DNA of 32,262 nucleotides from Macrostomum lignano (Eukaryota): NCBI GenBank assembly GCA_002269645.1, contig NIVC01001452.1, positions 1 to 32,262 of the forward strand, read 5' to 3'. Shown piece by piece: positions 13,033 to 23,132 of this stretch (position 1 is its first letter; each line of letters starts with the position of its first letter). The notes under the pieces were generated by a model. It saw only the letters and a program-made list of their open reading frames with translations, ran no database searches and was not told where the DNA came from. The position numbers and the translations under genes were made by a program.

Positions 13033-15364
13033 TCCACCAAACGTACATTGAAACCGCCGAGAAGAAGCCGACGAAGAACTGAAAGACAAAATGGTTTGTG
13101 ACTGGGAAGGTCACCATTTGATCCAGGAAGTGAGGACTCTCGGCACTAGTTATTTACAGCGTTTAGTTCAACCATTTACCTCTATATTAACATGGCCTGA
13201 ATCCCCTAGATGAATCAGCAGAAATACTATTCTTAGGCATTTGAGGATTCAATCAATCAAGCAGCACTTAGCTGAAAGAAATTTTATGTTTCTATTTTCT
13301 GTTAATAGAGATGGCGGCAAGCATTCCTGAATAAAAGACGAACACATAACAGGATTTTAATCAATCGATAGTCCTTACGAATTGATTTTTTTCGTTGACC
13401 AACGAACGTTATACAGGTAGAAAGTGAAACCCACAAGCATTTAAATGAGCAAAAGCTCCCTATAGATGTACAACACGGTCAATCTTTCCATGGTCGAATA
13501 CAAAGAGCGGACTAGAGCATGCAGCAATCACTGTTTTTCTATGAGGCAACTTGCAATCAGGATGGCAGCCGTGACGGCGTCGACATATATGTACTTTTAT
13601 ATTAGATCGACGGATAATACAACGGCAACTACGATGCATTCGAGAGCTGAAATTAATACTGATCGAAACCACCTTTTTCTTACTCTGGCTTTCTTCTGTT
13701 GGCCTTTTATTCACTTCTGTGGGCCAAATTTGATCAAACGCACGAATACAAAACCACACGATCAGCAGAATACGAGCCGTATAGAGAGAGGAGGGAGAAA
13801 TGGATCTGGTCAGGTCGCGAGTGCATTTTGGTGAGGCATTGGTTAATGGAAGGTTAATTTACAGCGAGAATTTAAATCAATAGCCAAGGATGAAAAATTC
13901 TCGTAGACACAACATTGGTCGTACTAGCTACTTGGTCTTAATATTTCGAATCCAAGTCTCAGATGACAGATTTAAGCTACTAGGCTTAGGCCCAGGCCCC
14001 TGGTGGGCCGTGCCCCAAGCAAAACTGAAAAATAGAACCAATAGCAAATTTGATCTTTTAACAATAGGAACACCAAGCCATTTTCCTCACTTCGAACTGC
14101 CCAGGAGGGATTCCCGACGGCGTTGGGCTGATGACGGAATTGAGAAACTAGCTGAGGATGTCCGGCAGTTGAGGCTTGATCAGGGAAACTAGAGAAATTC
14201 GCATGGTGCCACCTGTTGAAGGTCCAGAAGCTCCGCTTGGTTGGAGGCCTACTGTTGGTAGTTGGTAGTTCTACTGTTAATTACTGCAATTAGAAGTGTT
14301 GCAATAATTAAAGGCAACACAAAATTAATTTGCTAGTACACTTGTAGGTCAGTGTACTTGTTTCCTGTGATTCTTCTATGATAAGTACTCCAGGTTACCG
14401 TCTTTGTTAACTTTCTTTACAATTTTAAAAACTTGCTTTACTGACAATTATGTCGGCGATAGTAGGGCCGAATTTAAGTAATTTTGAACTGCAAGCCTGA
14501 AAAGTATACGGCAATTAAGCGACATTCGGATGCATGCGAGTCCACTTCCGCCTGTTGAGGCCAACAAGTCCACGACACCCTCAGCTACCTCTGGGCCTCA
14601 AATTTCGATCTAAGTTTCCGACTAGATAAATTGATAAACATGATTGATTTGCGTATGTACGGACTATTGGTATGGTGTCAAGTCTTAAAACCGAAAATTT
14701 CATAATTTTCGGATCATAGAAACTGAATTTTTTTATTATTTTAAGATATTATGCTATGGATTTTGTGTTTTTAGCCCTTCGGAATACGGAGGGCCTTTAA
14801 TTCAAGAACTCAACGGAATCCATTAATCAGTAGCGGCCGATAATTCTGCTCTCGATAATGAGATAACAAAGACTTGACAGAAGGTTTTCGGGTTCTCATA
14901 GCGCTTGTAAAATGGGCAACTTTTGCAAAAACATGACAGGTTCATTTTGACGTGTGAAAAGGTCAATTCTTAGGAATTTGACACTTTGACAGTTGAAGTT
15001 GAATTGATTGTTAGTGAGGACAATGGTAGTGAAGACATCCATTGTTTACCTTGTTTGGTGTCATGGTTCGTTGTAGCATAACTTGGTTTCAAATCACCCA
15101 GAAATTAGAAATGCAGGCCCGCTTCCGTGTCCCTGTGTAGAGGACCCTGTGGATCCCTCTATCGTCTCTGGCGCGGCAAGAACAGACAGAGACAAACAGT
15201 TCCCCAGATAGTTTCATAGTGGCCAGCATCATCACAGCTTATTGGCAACGCCAGCCCACTCTGCATAAATTTGGATTGGATAAAAACTGGAAATTTCAGC
15301 GCAGCACTACTGCGCCAAAAATACACTTTCCCAGTTTAGCCCCCGTCCAACCCGGATATCCGTA

Positions 15365-16173
15365 ATGCCTGTACGTCGAGGCCACGTAGCACCTCAGAAT
15401 GTCTTTATTGATAACCTAATAAAGAGATTGGAGGCGGAGAGTGAGTGTATAATCCTATTTGTAATTAATCATTCTTGTTGATTGTGCACATGTAACACCG
15501 ATCGTGTGACCCCCTCCGCAGACAGAGCCTTCTGTGTAGTGAATGCTCGACTGTCGGCTCGGCCGATCATCTTCAGTAGCGACGCATTTCGCAGTCTCAC
15601 CGGCTACTCGCGCAGCCAACTCACTGGACTTTCGGTCGCTTGCCCGAGCTCGGCAAGCACGGCGACATCAAGGGAAGCGACGGCAGTTGCAGCCTCGATG
15701 GACGCGGCGCTGGCCGCGACAACGGCGGAATCAGAAACGGCGGAGGAGACGCAGGTGGACTCTGTGCTGCGCAGAAAAGACGGTAGGGTGGAAAGTTTTG
15801 AGCTCATGTCCTGTGCCTGCTGTGTTATTATCGGAACCCCGCCAATTGTAACAGCCGGTTTTCTCTGAGTCCCTGCAGTACCCGCTAGGTTCATCAGGTC
15901 CTCATGTCTCAATCTACCTGTAACCGTCAAAAAGCCTCGTAGTATTTATTCCCTTACATAGTCACCACGAACTATCAGTTGCAGAGGCACACAAATTGCT
16001 CCCCATATTATCTCTCTTATTTGTTGCTTCTCTAGGCAGCGAATTCCAATGCGACTGCGTTGCCACGCCTATTCGAGACCAACTCGGCGAATTGGCTTTC
16101 TTCATCGTCAGCTTCTATGAGCACACGACGGATAGGTACGATTCAAAGAGAGAGTCAGTCCTGTCCAATCAGC
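15365..16173 (+). CDS. KCNH2/6/7 (erg): ERG-type KCNH potassium channel, exons 1-3 (PAS-cap/PAS domain)
   Basis: Exon 1 15365-15440 (MPVRRGHVAPQNVFIDNLIKRLEAE, the ERG N-terminus). Exon 2 15522-15782 (NRAFCVVNAR...IIFSSDAFRSLTGYSR...RKDG). Exon 3 16036-16173 (SEFQCDCVATPIRDQLGELAFFIVSF). GT-AG junctions, phase 1 throughout. Confidence 0.92.
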
Positions 16174-16324
16174 GTGAGTCATTCTCAAGGCATTTTGTGA
16201 AAGAATCGCCAGGTTTTAAGACACAAAAAATATCAAGTACACCATGTGCTTATGATGTTGAGAAAATATTAATTGCTGGTTCTAATAGAAGTAGGTCGAC
16301 TGCATTTACAGTAGAAGTGTAGCA

Positions 16325-19300
16325 CTGTGCTTTGGGGGGAGGGGCACAGTAGCACAAGTGTACATCCTCTGTGCTTTGGGGGGAGGGGGCACAGAAGCAC
16401 AAGTGTACATCCTCTGTGCTTTGGGGGGAGGGGGCACAGTAGCACAAGTGTACATCCTCTGTGCTTTGGGGGGAGGGGGCACAGTAGCACAAGTGTACAT
16501 CCTCTGTGCTTTGGGGGGAGGGGGCACAGTAGCACAAGTGTACATCCTCTGTGCTTTGGGGGAGGGGCACAGTAGCACAAGTGTACATCCTCTGTGCTTT
16601 GGGGGAGGGGGCACAGTAGCACAAGTGTACATCCTCTATACTTTGGGGGGAGGGGGCACAGTAGCACAAGTGTACATCCTCTGTGCTTTGGGGGGAGGGG
16701 GCACAGTAGCACAAGTGTACATCCTCTGTGCTTTGGGGGGAGGGGGCACAGTAGCACAAGTGTACATCCTCTGTGCTTTGGGGGAGGGGGCACAGTAGCA
16801 CAAGTGTACATCCTCTGTGCTTTGGGGGGAGGGGGCACAGTAGCACAAGTGTACATCCTCTGTGCTTTGGGGGAGGGGGCACAGTAGCACAAGTGTACAT
16901 CCTCTGTGCTTTGGGGGGGGGGCACAGTAGCACAAGTGTACATCCTCTGTGCTTTGGGGGGAGGGGGCACAGTAGCACAAGTGTACATCCTCTGTGCTTT
17001 GGGGGGAGGGGGCACAGTAGCACAAGTGTACATCCTCTGTGCTTTGGGGGGAGGGGGCACAGTAGCACAAGTGTACATCCTCTGTGCTTTGGGGGGAGGG
17101 GGCACAGTAGCACAAGTGTACATCCTCTGTGCTTTGGGGGGAGGGGGCACAGTAGCACAAGTGTACATCCTCTATACTTTGGGGGGAGGGGGCACAGTAG
17201 CACAAGTGTACATCCTCTATACTTTGGGGGGAGGGGGCACAGTAGCACAAGTGTACATCCTCTGTGCTTTGGGGGGAGGGGGCACAGTAGCACAAGTGTA
17301 CATCCTCTGTGCTTTGGGGGGAGGGGGCACAGTAGCACAAGTGTACATCCTCTGTGCTTTGGGGGGAGGGGGCACAGTAGCACAAGTGTACATCCTCTGT
17401 GCTTTGGGGGGAGGGGGCACAGTAGCACAAGTGTACATCCTCTGTGCTTTGGGGGGAGGGGGCACAGTAGCACAAGTGTACATCCTCTGTGCTTTGGGGG
17501 AGGGGGCACAGTAGCACAAGTGTACATCCTCTGTGCTTTGGGGGGAGGGGGCACAGTAGCACAAGTGTACATCCTCTGTGCTTTGGGGGGAGGGGGCACA
17601 GTAGCACAAGTGTACATCCTCTATACTTTGGGGGGAGGGGGCACAGTAGCACAAGTGTACATCCTCTGTGCTTTGGGGGGAGGGGGCACAGTAGCACAAG
17701 TGTACATCCTCTGTGCTTTGGGGGGAGGGGGCACAGTAGCACAAGTGTACATCCTCTGTGCTTTGGGGGGAGGGGGCACAGTAGCACAAGTGTACATCCT
17801 CTGTGCTTTGGGGGGAGGGGGCACAGTAGCACAAGTGTACATCCTCTGTGCTTTGGGGGGAGGGGGCACAGTAGCACAAGTGTACATCCTCTGTGCTTTG
17901 GGGGGAGGGGGCACAGTAGCACAAGTGTACATCCTCTGTGCTTTGGGGGGAGGGGGCACAGTAGCACAAGTGTACATCCTCTGTGCTTTGGGGGGAGGGG
18001 GCACAGAAGCACAAGTGTACATCCTCTGTGCTTTGGGGGGAGGGGGCACAGTAGCACAAGTGTACATCCTCTGTGCTTTGGGGGGAGGGGGCACATAAGC
18101 ACAAGTGTACATCCTCTGTGCTTTGGGGGGAGGGGGCACAGTAGCTCAAGTGTACATCCTCTATACTTTGGGGGGAGGGGGCACAGTAGCACAAGTGTAC
18201 ATCCTCTGTGCTTTGGGGGGAGGGGGCACAGTAGCACAAGTGTACATCCTCTATACTTTGGGGGGAGGGGGCACAGTAGCACAAGTGTACATCCTCTGTG
18301 CTTTGGGGGGAGGGGGCACAGTAGCACAAGTGTACATCCTCTGTGCTTTGGGGGGAGGGGGCACAGTAGCACAAGTGTACATCCTCTGTGCTTTGGGGGG
18401 AGGGGGCACAGTAGCACAAGTGTACATCCTCTGTGCTTTGGGGGGAGGGGCACAGTAGCACAAGTGTACATCCTCTGTGCTTTGGGGGGAGGGGGCACAG
18501 TAGCACAAGTGTACATCCTCTGTGCTTTGGGGGAGGGGCACAGTAGCACAAGTGTACATCCTCTGTGCTTTGGGGGGAGGGGGCACAGTAGCACAAGTGT
18601 ACATCCTCTATACTTTGGGGGGAGGGGGCACAGTAGCACAAGTGTACATCCTCTGTGCTTTGGGGGGAGGGGGCACAGTAGCACAAGTGTACATCCTCTG
18701 TGCTTTGGGGGGAGGGGGCACAGTAGCACAAGTGTACATCCTCTGTGCTTTGGGGGGAGGGGGCACAGTAGCACAAGTGTACATCCTCTATACTTTGGGG
18801 GGAGGGGGCACAGTAGCACAAGTGTACATCCTCTATACTTTGGGGGGAGGGGGCACAGTAGCACAAGTGTACATCCTCTGTGCTTTGGGGGGAGGGGGCA
18901 CAGTAGCACAAGTGTACATCCTCTGTGATTTGGGGGGAGGGGGCACAGTAGCACAAGTGTACATCCTCTGTGCTTTGGGGGGAGGGGGCACAGAAGCACA
19001 AGTGTACATCCTCTGTGCTTTGGGGGGAGGGGGCACAGAAGCACAAGTGTACATCCTCTGTGCTTTGGGGGGAGGGGGCACATAAGCACAAGTGTACATC
19101 CTCTGTGCTTTGGGGGGAGGGGGCACAGAAGCTCAAGTGTACATCCTCTATACTTTGGGGGGAGGGGCACAGTAGCACAAGTGTACATCCTCTGTGCTTT
19201 GGGGGGAGGGGGCACAGTAGCACAAGTGTACATCCTCTATACTTTGGGGGGAGGGGGCACAGTAGCACAAGTGTACATCCTCTATACTTTGGGGGGAGGG

Positions 19301-19496
19301 GGCACAGTAGCACAAGTGTACATCCTCTGTGCTTTGGGGGGAGGGGGCACAGTAGCACAAGTGTACATCCTCTGTGCTTTGGGGGGAGGGGGCACAGTAG
19401 CACAAGTGTACATCCTCTGTGCTTTGGGGGGAGGGGGCACAGTAGCACAAGTGTACATCCTCTGTGCTTTGGGGGGAGGGGGCACAGTAGCACAAG
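16325..19496. repeat. 45-bp G-rich satellite, left part (~70 units)
   Basis: Unit gtgctttggggggagggggcacagtagcacaagtgtacatcctct. Most length variation is in the G runs. Source of all the long ORFs between 16250 and 19500. Confidence 0.99.
19491..19496. repeat. Left 6-bp target-site duplication CACAAG
   Basis: Identical to 30013-30018. Removing the element and one copy restores an intact satellite unit. Confidence 0.9.
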
Positions 19497-20143
19497 ACTA
19501 CTATATGAACCCGTATGGCGCGATTTTGCGAAGGTCCGTCGGGCTGATGTCGGCCTCTAGCACCGCGGCAAGGTGCTCCCTCGGGGTGTACCACCTCCCC
19601 CGGGGTGTACCTCCAGCGGGGTGGGTGTCCAGCGAGTGTACCTCCAGCGGGGTGGGCCTTCCGCGAGTGTACATCCGGCCGGCTGGGCGTCCAGCGAGTG
19701 TACCTTCAGCGCATGGGCCTCCCTCGGGGTGTACATCCGGCGGGGGATTCCCGCCCCTCCCACCAATGTCGTGTGCACGCGGTTAGTGTAGGAAGGAAAC
19801 CCCCGATGCTGACGCAGCCCTGTACACTGAGCAACCGGCCCCCCATGCGGGGGACAGAGAGCAGCCCCTGTAGCAGGAGGGGTAGTGCGTGGAGAGCCGC
19901 CATCCCCTGTAGCAAGGGACAGATAACAGGCGCCCCCTGTAGCAGTATGAGGTGGGGTACAAAGAGACACGGGGTGCTGGGACAGAGAGTGCGTGGAGGC
20001 ACCCTGCGCTGCCCTGGCATGTCGCAGCACGCGGCGTGGACAGAGAGGGAGTGTGAGTCACACGGAGGGACAGAGAGCTTCCCCAGGCCGGGGGGGGGGG
20101 TAGAGGGACAGACCGGCGGTGAGTGATAGAGAGCCCCCCCAGG
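19497..20143 (+). repeat. Left terminal inverted repeat (~647 bp)
   Basis: Starts ACTACTATATGAACCCG and is the reverse complement of 29370-30012. Differences are mostly homopolymer length. It contains GTGTAC(A/C)TCC, CCCCTGTAGCA and GGGACAGAGA subrepeats. Confidence 0.97.
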
Positions 20144-20218
20144 CTGCAGAGGGACAGACAGGCCGCGAGCAACGTGTTAATGCAACCATAAATAGAAGCA
20201 GTGTACAAAACCCTCTGT

Positions 20219-20998
20219 ATGGAGAACATGGAAGAGGGTATAACTGATAACCCCTATTTCAGCAACGAGAGCGTGCGCGCCAGATTACCCCTCATTGAAA
20301 GATTGTTATCAGACACTAGGAAAAGAATCGAGGGATTGACCGCAAAGGAGCGCTTAGAATTCACGTATCTAGCCCGGCTGGCATTCGTAACTGAAGTAAA
20401 CATTGAGGAGAGAGAGGTGGCGTTGACTTGGGAGGAAGCAGAAGAAGCGATAAAAACCGGGTCCTGTATGGTCACAGCCAATCTATGGAGTGCGGCAAAA
20501 CACCTCAATGACACGAGGGGGTTAATTGACACAGAGTTTGTTAGACAAGTTCACACACGCGTGTGTAGAGGACTGCTCCCGAATGCAGGATCGTATAGAA
20601 TTAAGCACGCCAAGCCAGCAGGCGCGAGTATGTATTACAGTGCCCCAGAAAATATTGAACGGCAGCTGGTAAAATTAACTAGAGACATAAAAGAGCCACA
20701 AATCTTGCGTGATGCAGTAGTGACAGGAGCATATTTCCTAGAAAAGTTTCTCACCATACACCCCTTTAGCGACGGCAATGGTAGAACTGCTAGGTTGTTA
20801 TTATCAAAGTTGATCAACCGGATTCTGCCAGAACCCGTATCATTTGCGTATGCAAATAGAGACACATATCTCAACTGTCTTTACGAAGCGCGCAGCAGCA
20901 ACCGGGGGCTCCTAGCGGCGTATTTACTTTTATCAATTGAGAGAACCGTTCTACAGTGGAGGGAATGGTTGGAAATCTGTTCAGACGGCAGCCTATAA
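20219..20998 (+). CDS. Fic-domain protein (putative AMPylase)
   Basis: Intact Fic motif HPFSDGNGRTAR (HxFx[D/E]GNGRxxR) with an upstream GSYR flap region. Intronless. Start at ATG 20219 or 20228. Confidence 0.92.
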   Translation: MENMEEGITDNPYFSNESVRARLPLIERLLSDTRKRIEGLTAKERLEFTYLARLAFVTEVNIEEREVALTWEEAEEAIKTGSCMVTANLWSAAKHLNDTRGLIDTEFVRQVHTRVCRGLLPNAGSYRIKHAKPAGASMYYSAPENIERQLVKLTRDIKEPQILRDAVVTGAYFLEKFLTIHPFSDGNGRTARLLLSKLINRILPEPVSFAYANRDTYLNCLYEARSSNRGLLAAYLLLSIERTVLQWREWLEICSDGSL

Positions 20999-21032
20999 AT
21001 AAATAAAATTGGTATTTCTCAACAATATCGAA

Positions 21033-21386
21033 ATGTACTGGCAATCGGAAATAGTGTACACCCACGTTGACAACGCAGTGCTGGAAGTGGGATATTGGGA
21101 CCCAAACAAGCCGCGTTTCCGCATCCACTGTCAAAACTGTAGCTGTCCAGGAGCCGTGTTTAGTCGAGCACAATGGCATCGAATGAAATTTCTGGACACT
21201 AGCTGCACAGATTACGATCTCGGAGGCGGCGCATCTATCAAAGTTATCGACGGGAAGCGCCTGTACGTAAAAGGAGACTGCGAATTTCACCTGTCAGACA
21301 AAATACTTTGTGCAGTTGAAAAGAATAGAGTCGACAATTTCTTCCACTATTTCTTTCTCGACGAATCTGACGAGTCAGAGGAATGA
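21033..21386 (+). CDS. Hypothetical protein (117 aa), acidic C-tail
   Basis: ATG lies 39 nt after TATAAATA. The segment GAVFSRAQWHRM is weakly reminiscent of PC4-like folds, which is not established. Confidence 0.65.
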   Translation: MYWQSEIVYTHVDNAVLEVGYWDPNKPRFRIHCQNCSCPGAVFSRAQWHRMKFLDTSCTDYDLGGGASIKVIDGKRLYVKGDCEFHLSDKILCAVEKNRVDNFFHYFFLDESDESEE

Positions 21387-21898
21387 GCTGGATTTCTCGA
21401 GACTACCCGCTTTTATCGAGCAAAGAAAGGGCAGAGTACGAGACCCTGAAAAAGTCCACAGACTGGTTATGCATTTGTCACGGCAAACCAATTCCCGAAC
21501 GATTAGTCACCTTTAATGTCGAGGTAGACGAAATTGGGCAAGGGCCTTACAGCACCCAAGAATATACAGATGCCCGAATTGACTACTACTTTAGAGACAA
21601 GATGCATTTCAAAGCCAATCTTCAAAGAATGGAGCAGATAATTGCCCCAATATTACAAGAGGATCATCGTGAGAAAATACGGTACCGGAATCACCAGCCG
21701 ATTGCTCCCTCGTGGACGGAACACCAAAGGATTTGGCGACCTAAACACAGTAGACCAGTGCTAGCGAAGTTGACTATCAACCCTCACTGCAGCTGCATTC
21801 ACGACACGCCTCAAACCCCTCGACCAGAAGATCGAAACAAAAGGTTTATTTTTTCCGGATTTCCAACACCGGAAAGTGTCGTTAAAGAAGGACTATAA
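21383..21898 (+). CDS. Hypothetical protein (171 aa) with CxCH and HCxCxH motifs
   Basis: Open ORF whose ATG overlaps the upstream stop (ATGA). Family not recognised. Confidence 0.6.
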   Translation: MSWISRDYPLLSSKERAEYETLKKSTDWLCICHGKPIPERLVTFNVEVDEIGQGPYSTQEYTDARIDYYFRDKMHFKANLQRMEQIIAPILQEDHREKIRYRNHQPIAPSWTEHQRIWRPKHSRPVLAKLTINPHCSCIHDTPQTPRPEDRNKRFIFSGFPTPESVVKEGL

Positions 21899-21986
21899 CA
21901 AAAACGCCCAGCCACCCCACCCTCCGCGCCAAGGGTATATAAGGAGGCGCTCAGGAGCGAGACCCACTCTCAGCAGCAGCAGCAAC

Positions 21987-22667
21987 ATGGATACCGTTCA
22001 AGACTACAATAGTGTTAGGATCGACCTATTCTCTCTCAAGTCGAGAGGTCCAAGCTACAACGGAACCGAGACGTACGACATTGAGTACGACGAACAGGGC
22101 CCTCTCTATCTTGCCAATGCGACGCCCGTACTGATTGTCAAGGGTGTGAGAACCGACAATGAAGGCCGCGAATTCATCATTCTTTCCCAAAAGCACTTGG
22201 AGAGCTGCATACCAGAAGCGTTCAATTCCGTGTGTCACCAGCTCTCTATCCAAGGAATGGCGCTATTGGGGTACAACCCCACTTTTGGCTGCGACAGCGC
22301 TGCATTCGGATTGGCTCACGACTTTAAAATGTACGACAAGAGCGGCAAGTTGTGCACCGACTACAAGAACAAGACGGGCTACTATAGAGTACTGTTCGCC
22401 CTAGACACGGCGGTGATTCACGACTCGGTTCTAACCGCGGTGCCGAAAATTCAACAACTGCAATTCATAGAAGCTCCCAAGCAGGCGTTTGACCGCTGCT
22501 ACTGGATTCCACCGTTAAAAATCAAGGTAGGACGCAAGCGCGGAGCTGGTGGAGCTGAGCGGAAACAAAAGCAACCGAAAAAACCGCTTGCAGAACGTCG
22601 TGTGCGTAAACAGGGTGTTTTGCGCAAGGTGGAACCACCTACCGAACTTGGACTGGGCGCGCGCTAG
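21987..22667 (+). CDS. Putative ssDNA-binding protein (T7 gp2.5/DUF2738-like OB fold) with basic tail
   Basis: TATATAAG at 21936, then aacATGG at 21987. The segment KMYDKSGKLCTD...GYYRVLFALDTAVIHDSVLTAVPKIQQLQFIE resembles the C-terminal strands of gp2.5-type SSBs. AATAAA at 22719. Confidence 0.55.
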   Translation: MDTVQDYNSVRIDLFSLKSRGPSYNGTETYDIEYDEQGPLYLANATPVLIVKGVRTDNEGREFIILSQKHLESCIPEAFNSVCHQLSIQGMALLGYNPTFGCDSAAFGLAHDFKMYDKSGKLCTDYKNKTGYYRVLFALDTAVIHDSVLTAVPKIQQLQFIEAPKQAFDRCYWIPPLKIKVGRKRGAGGAERKQKQPKKPLAERRVRKQGVLRKVEPPTELGLGAR

Positions 22668-23067
22668 AACGTTTCATAGACCCCGGGCATTGTACAACCT
22701 GAGGATCGGAAAGTGTACAATAAACTTTTTCAAACGTTCATTATCTGCCATTGTTTTTGGTTGCCAATCAACCAACGATGTGCTGCGTCTTTTTGCTCAA
22801 TGTAAACCAAACTCTGTTGTTATCACTACCGGTACTTATCGTGCAGAAGTTAATGTTAAGCCAAACTTTTTCCGCCTTGCCAACTCGAGCTCGCGCTGGG
22901 TTGAGTGGGAGAGTGAGGTATTCAATGGGCTTGTAATAAAGTCCCCATTCCGCAAGGCCAAGTGCCTGCTGTGCGGAAAGAATGGTCGGTTAGTGTTCCT
23001 AGGAATACGAAACTATGACGAACTGTGTAAAATGTACGACCACGTGACTGCTATTCTGCAACTCTAA
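22549..23067 (+). CDS. Divergent TATA-binding-protein (TBP)-like protein; start unresolved
   Basis: Two TBP-like half repeats: LQNVVCV...RALYNLRIGKCTINFF...AIVFGCQS and WESEVFNGLVIK...KCLLCGKNGRLVFLGIRNYDELCKMYDHVTAIL (compare TBP YEPELFPGLIYR...LLIFVSGKVVLTGAK...EIYEAFENIYPIL). No in-frame ATG precedes the domain. Confidence 0.7.
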   Translation: MELSGNKSNRKNRLQNVVCVNRVFCARWNHLPNLDWARARTFHRPRALYNLRIGKCTINFFKRSLSAIVFGCQSTNDVLRLFAQCKPNSVVITTGTYRAEVNVKPNFFRLANSSSRWVEWESEVFNGLVIKSPFRKAKCLLCGKNGRLVFLGIRNYDELCKMYDHVTAILQL

Positions 23068-23132
23068 TTATGCTTTGCTTATAAATAAACAAAATATGCA
23101 CATGTATGCACGCAATGCTTACCACCTTAATA

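Noticed and set aside
13460-14192. ORFs 13466-13834 and 13890-14192
   Set aside because: No recognisable motifs, no clear splice structure, and lengths compatible with chance.
16250-19594. Many 100-865-aa Cys/Pro/Gly-rich ORFs; CRISPR-like appearance of the array
   Set aside because: All derive from the 45-bp satellite. Units are head-to-tail with no unique spacers and no cas genes, so this is not a CRISPR array.
19557-20229. ORFs inside the left TIR and their mirror images at 29268-30115
   Set aside because: GC-rich TIR sequence with few stops. The frames differ between the two TIRs because of homopolymer indels.
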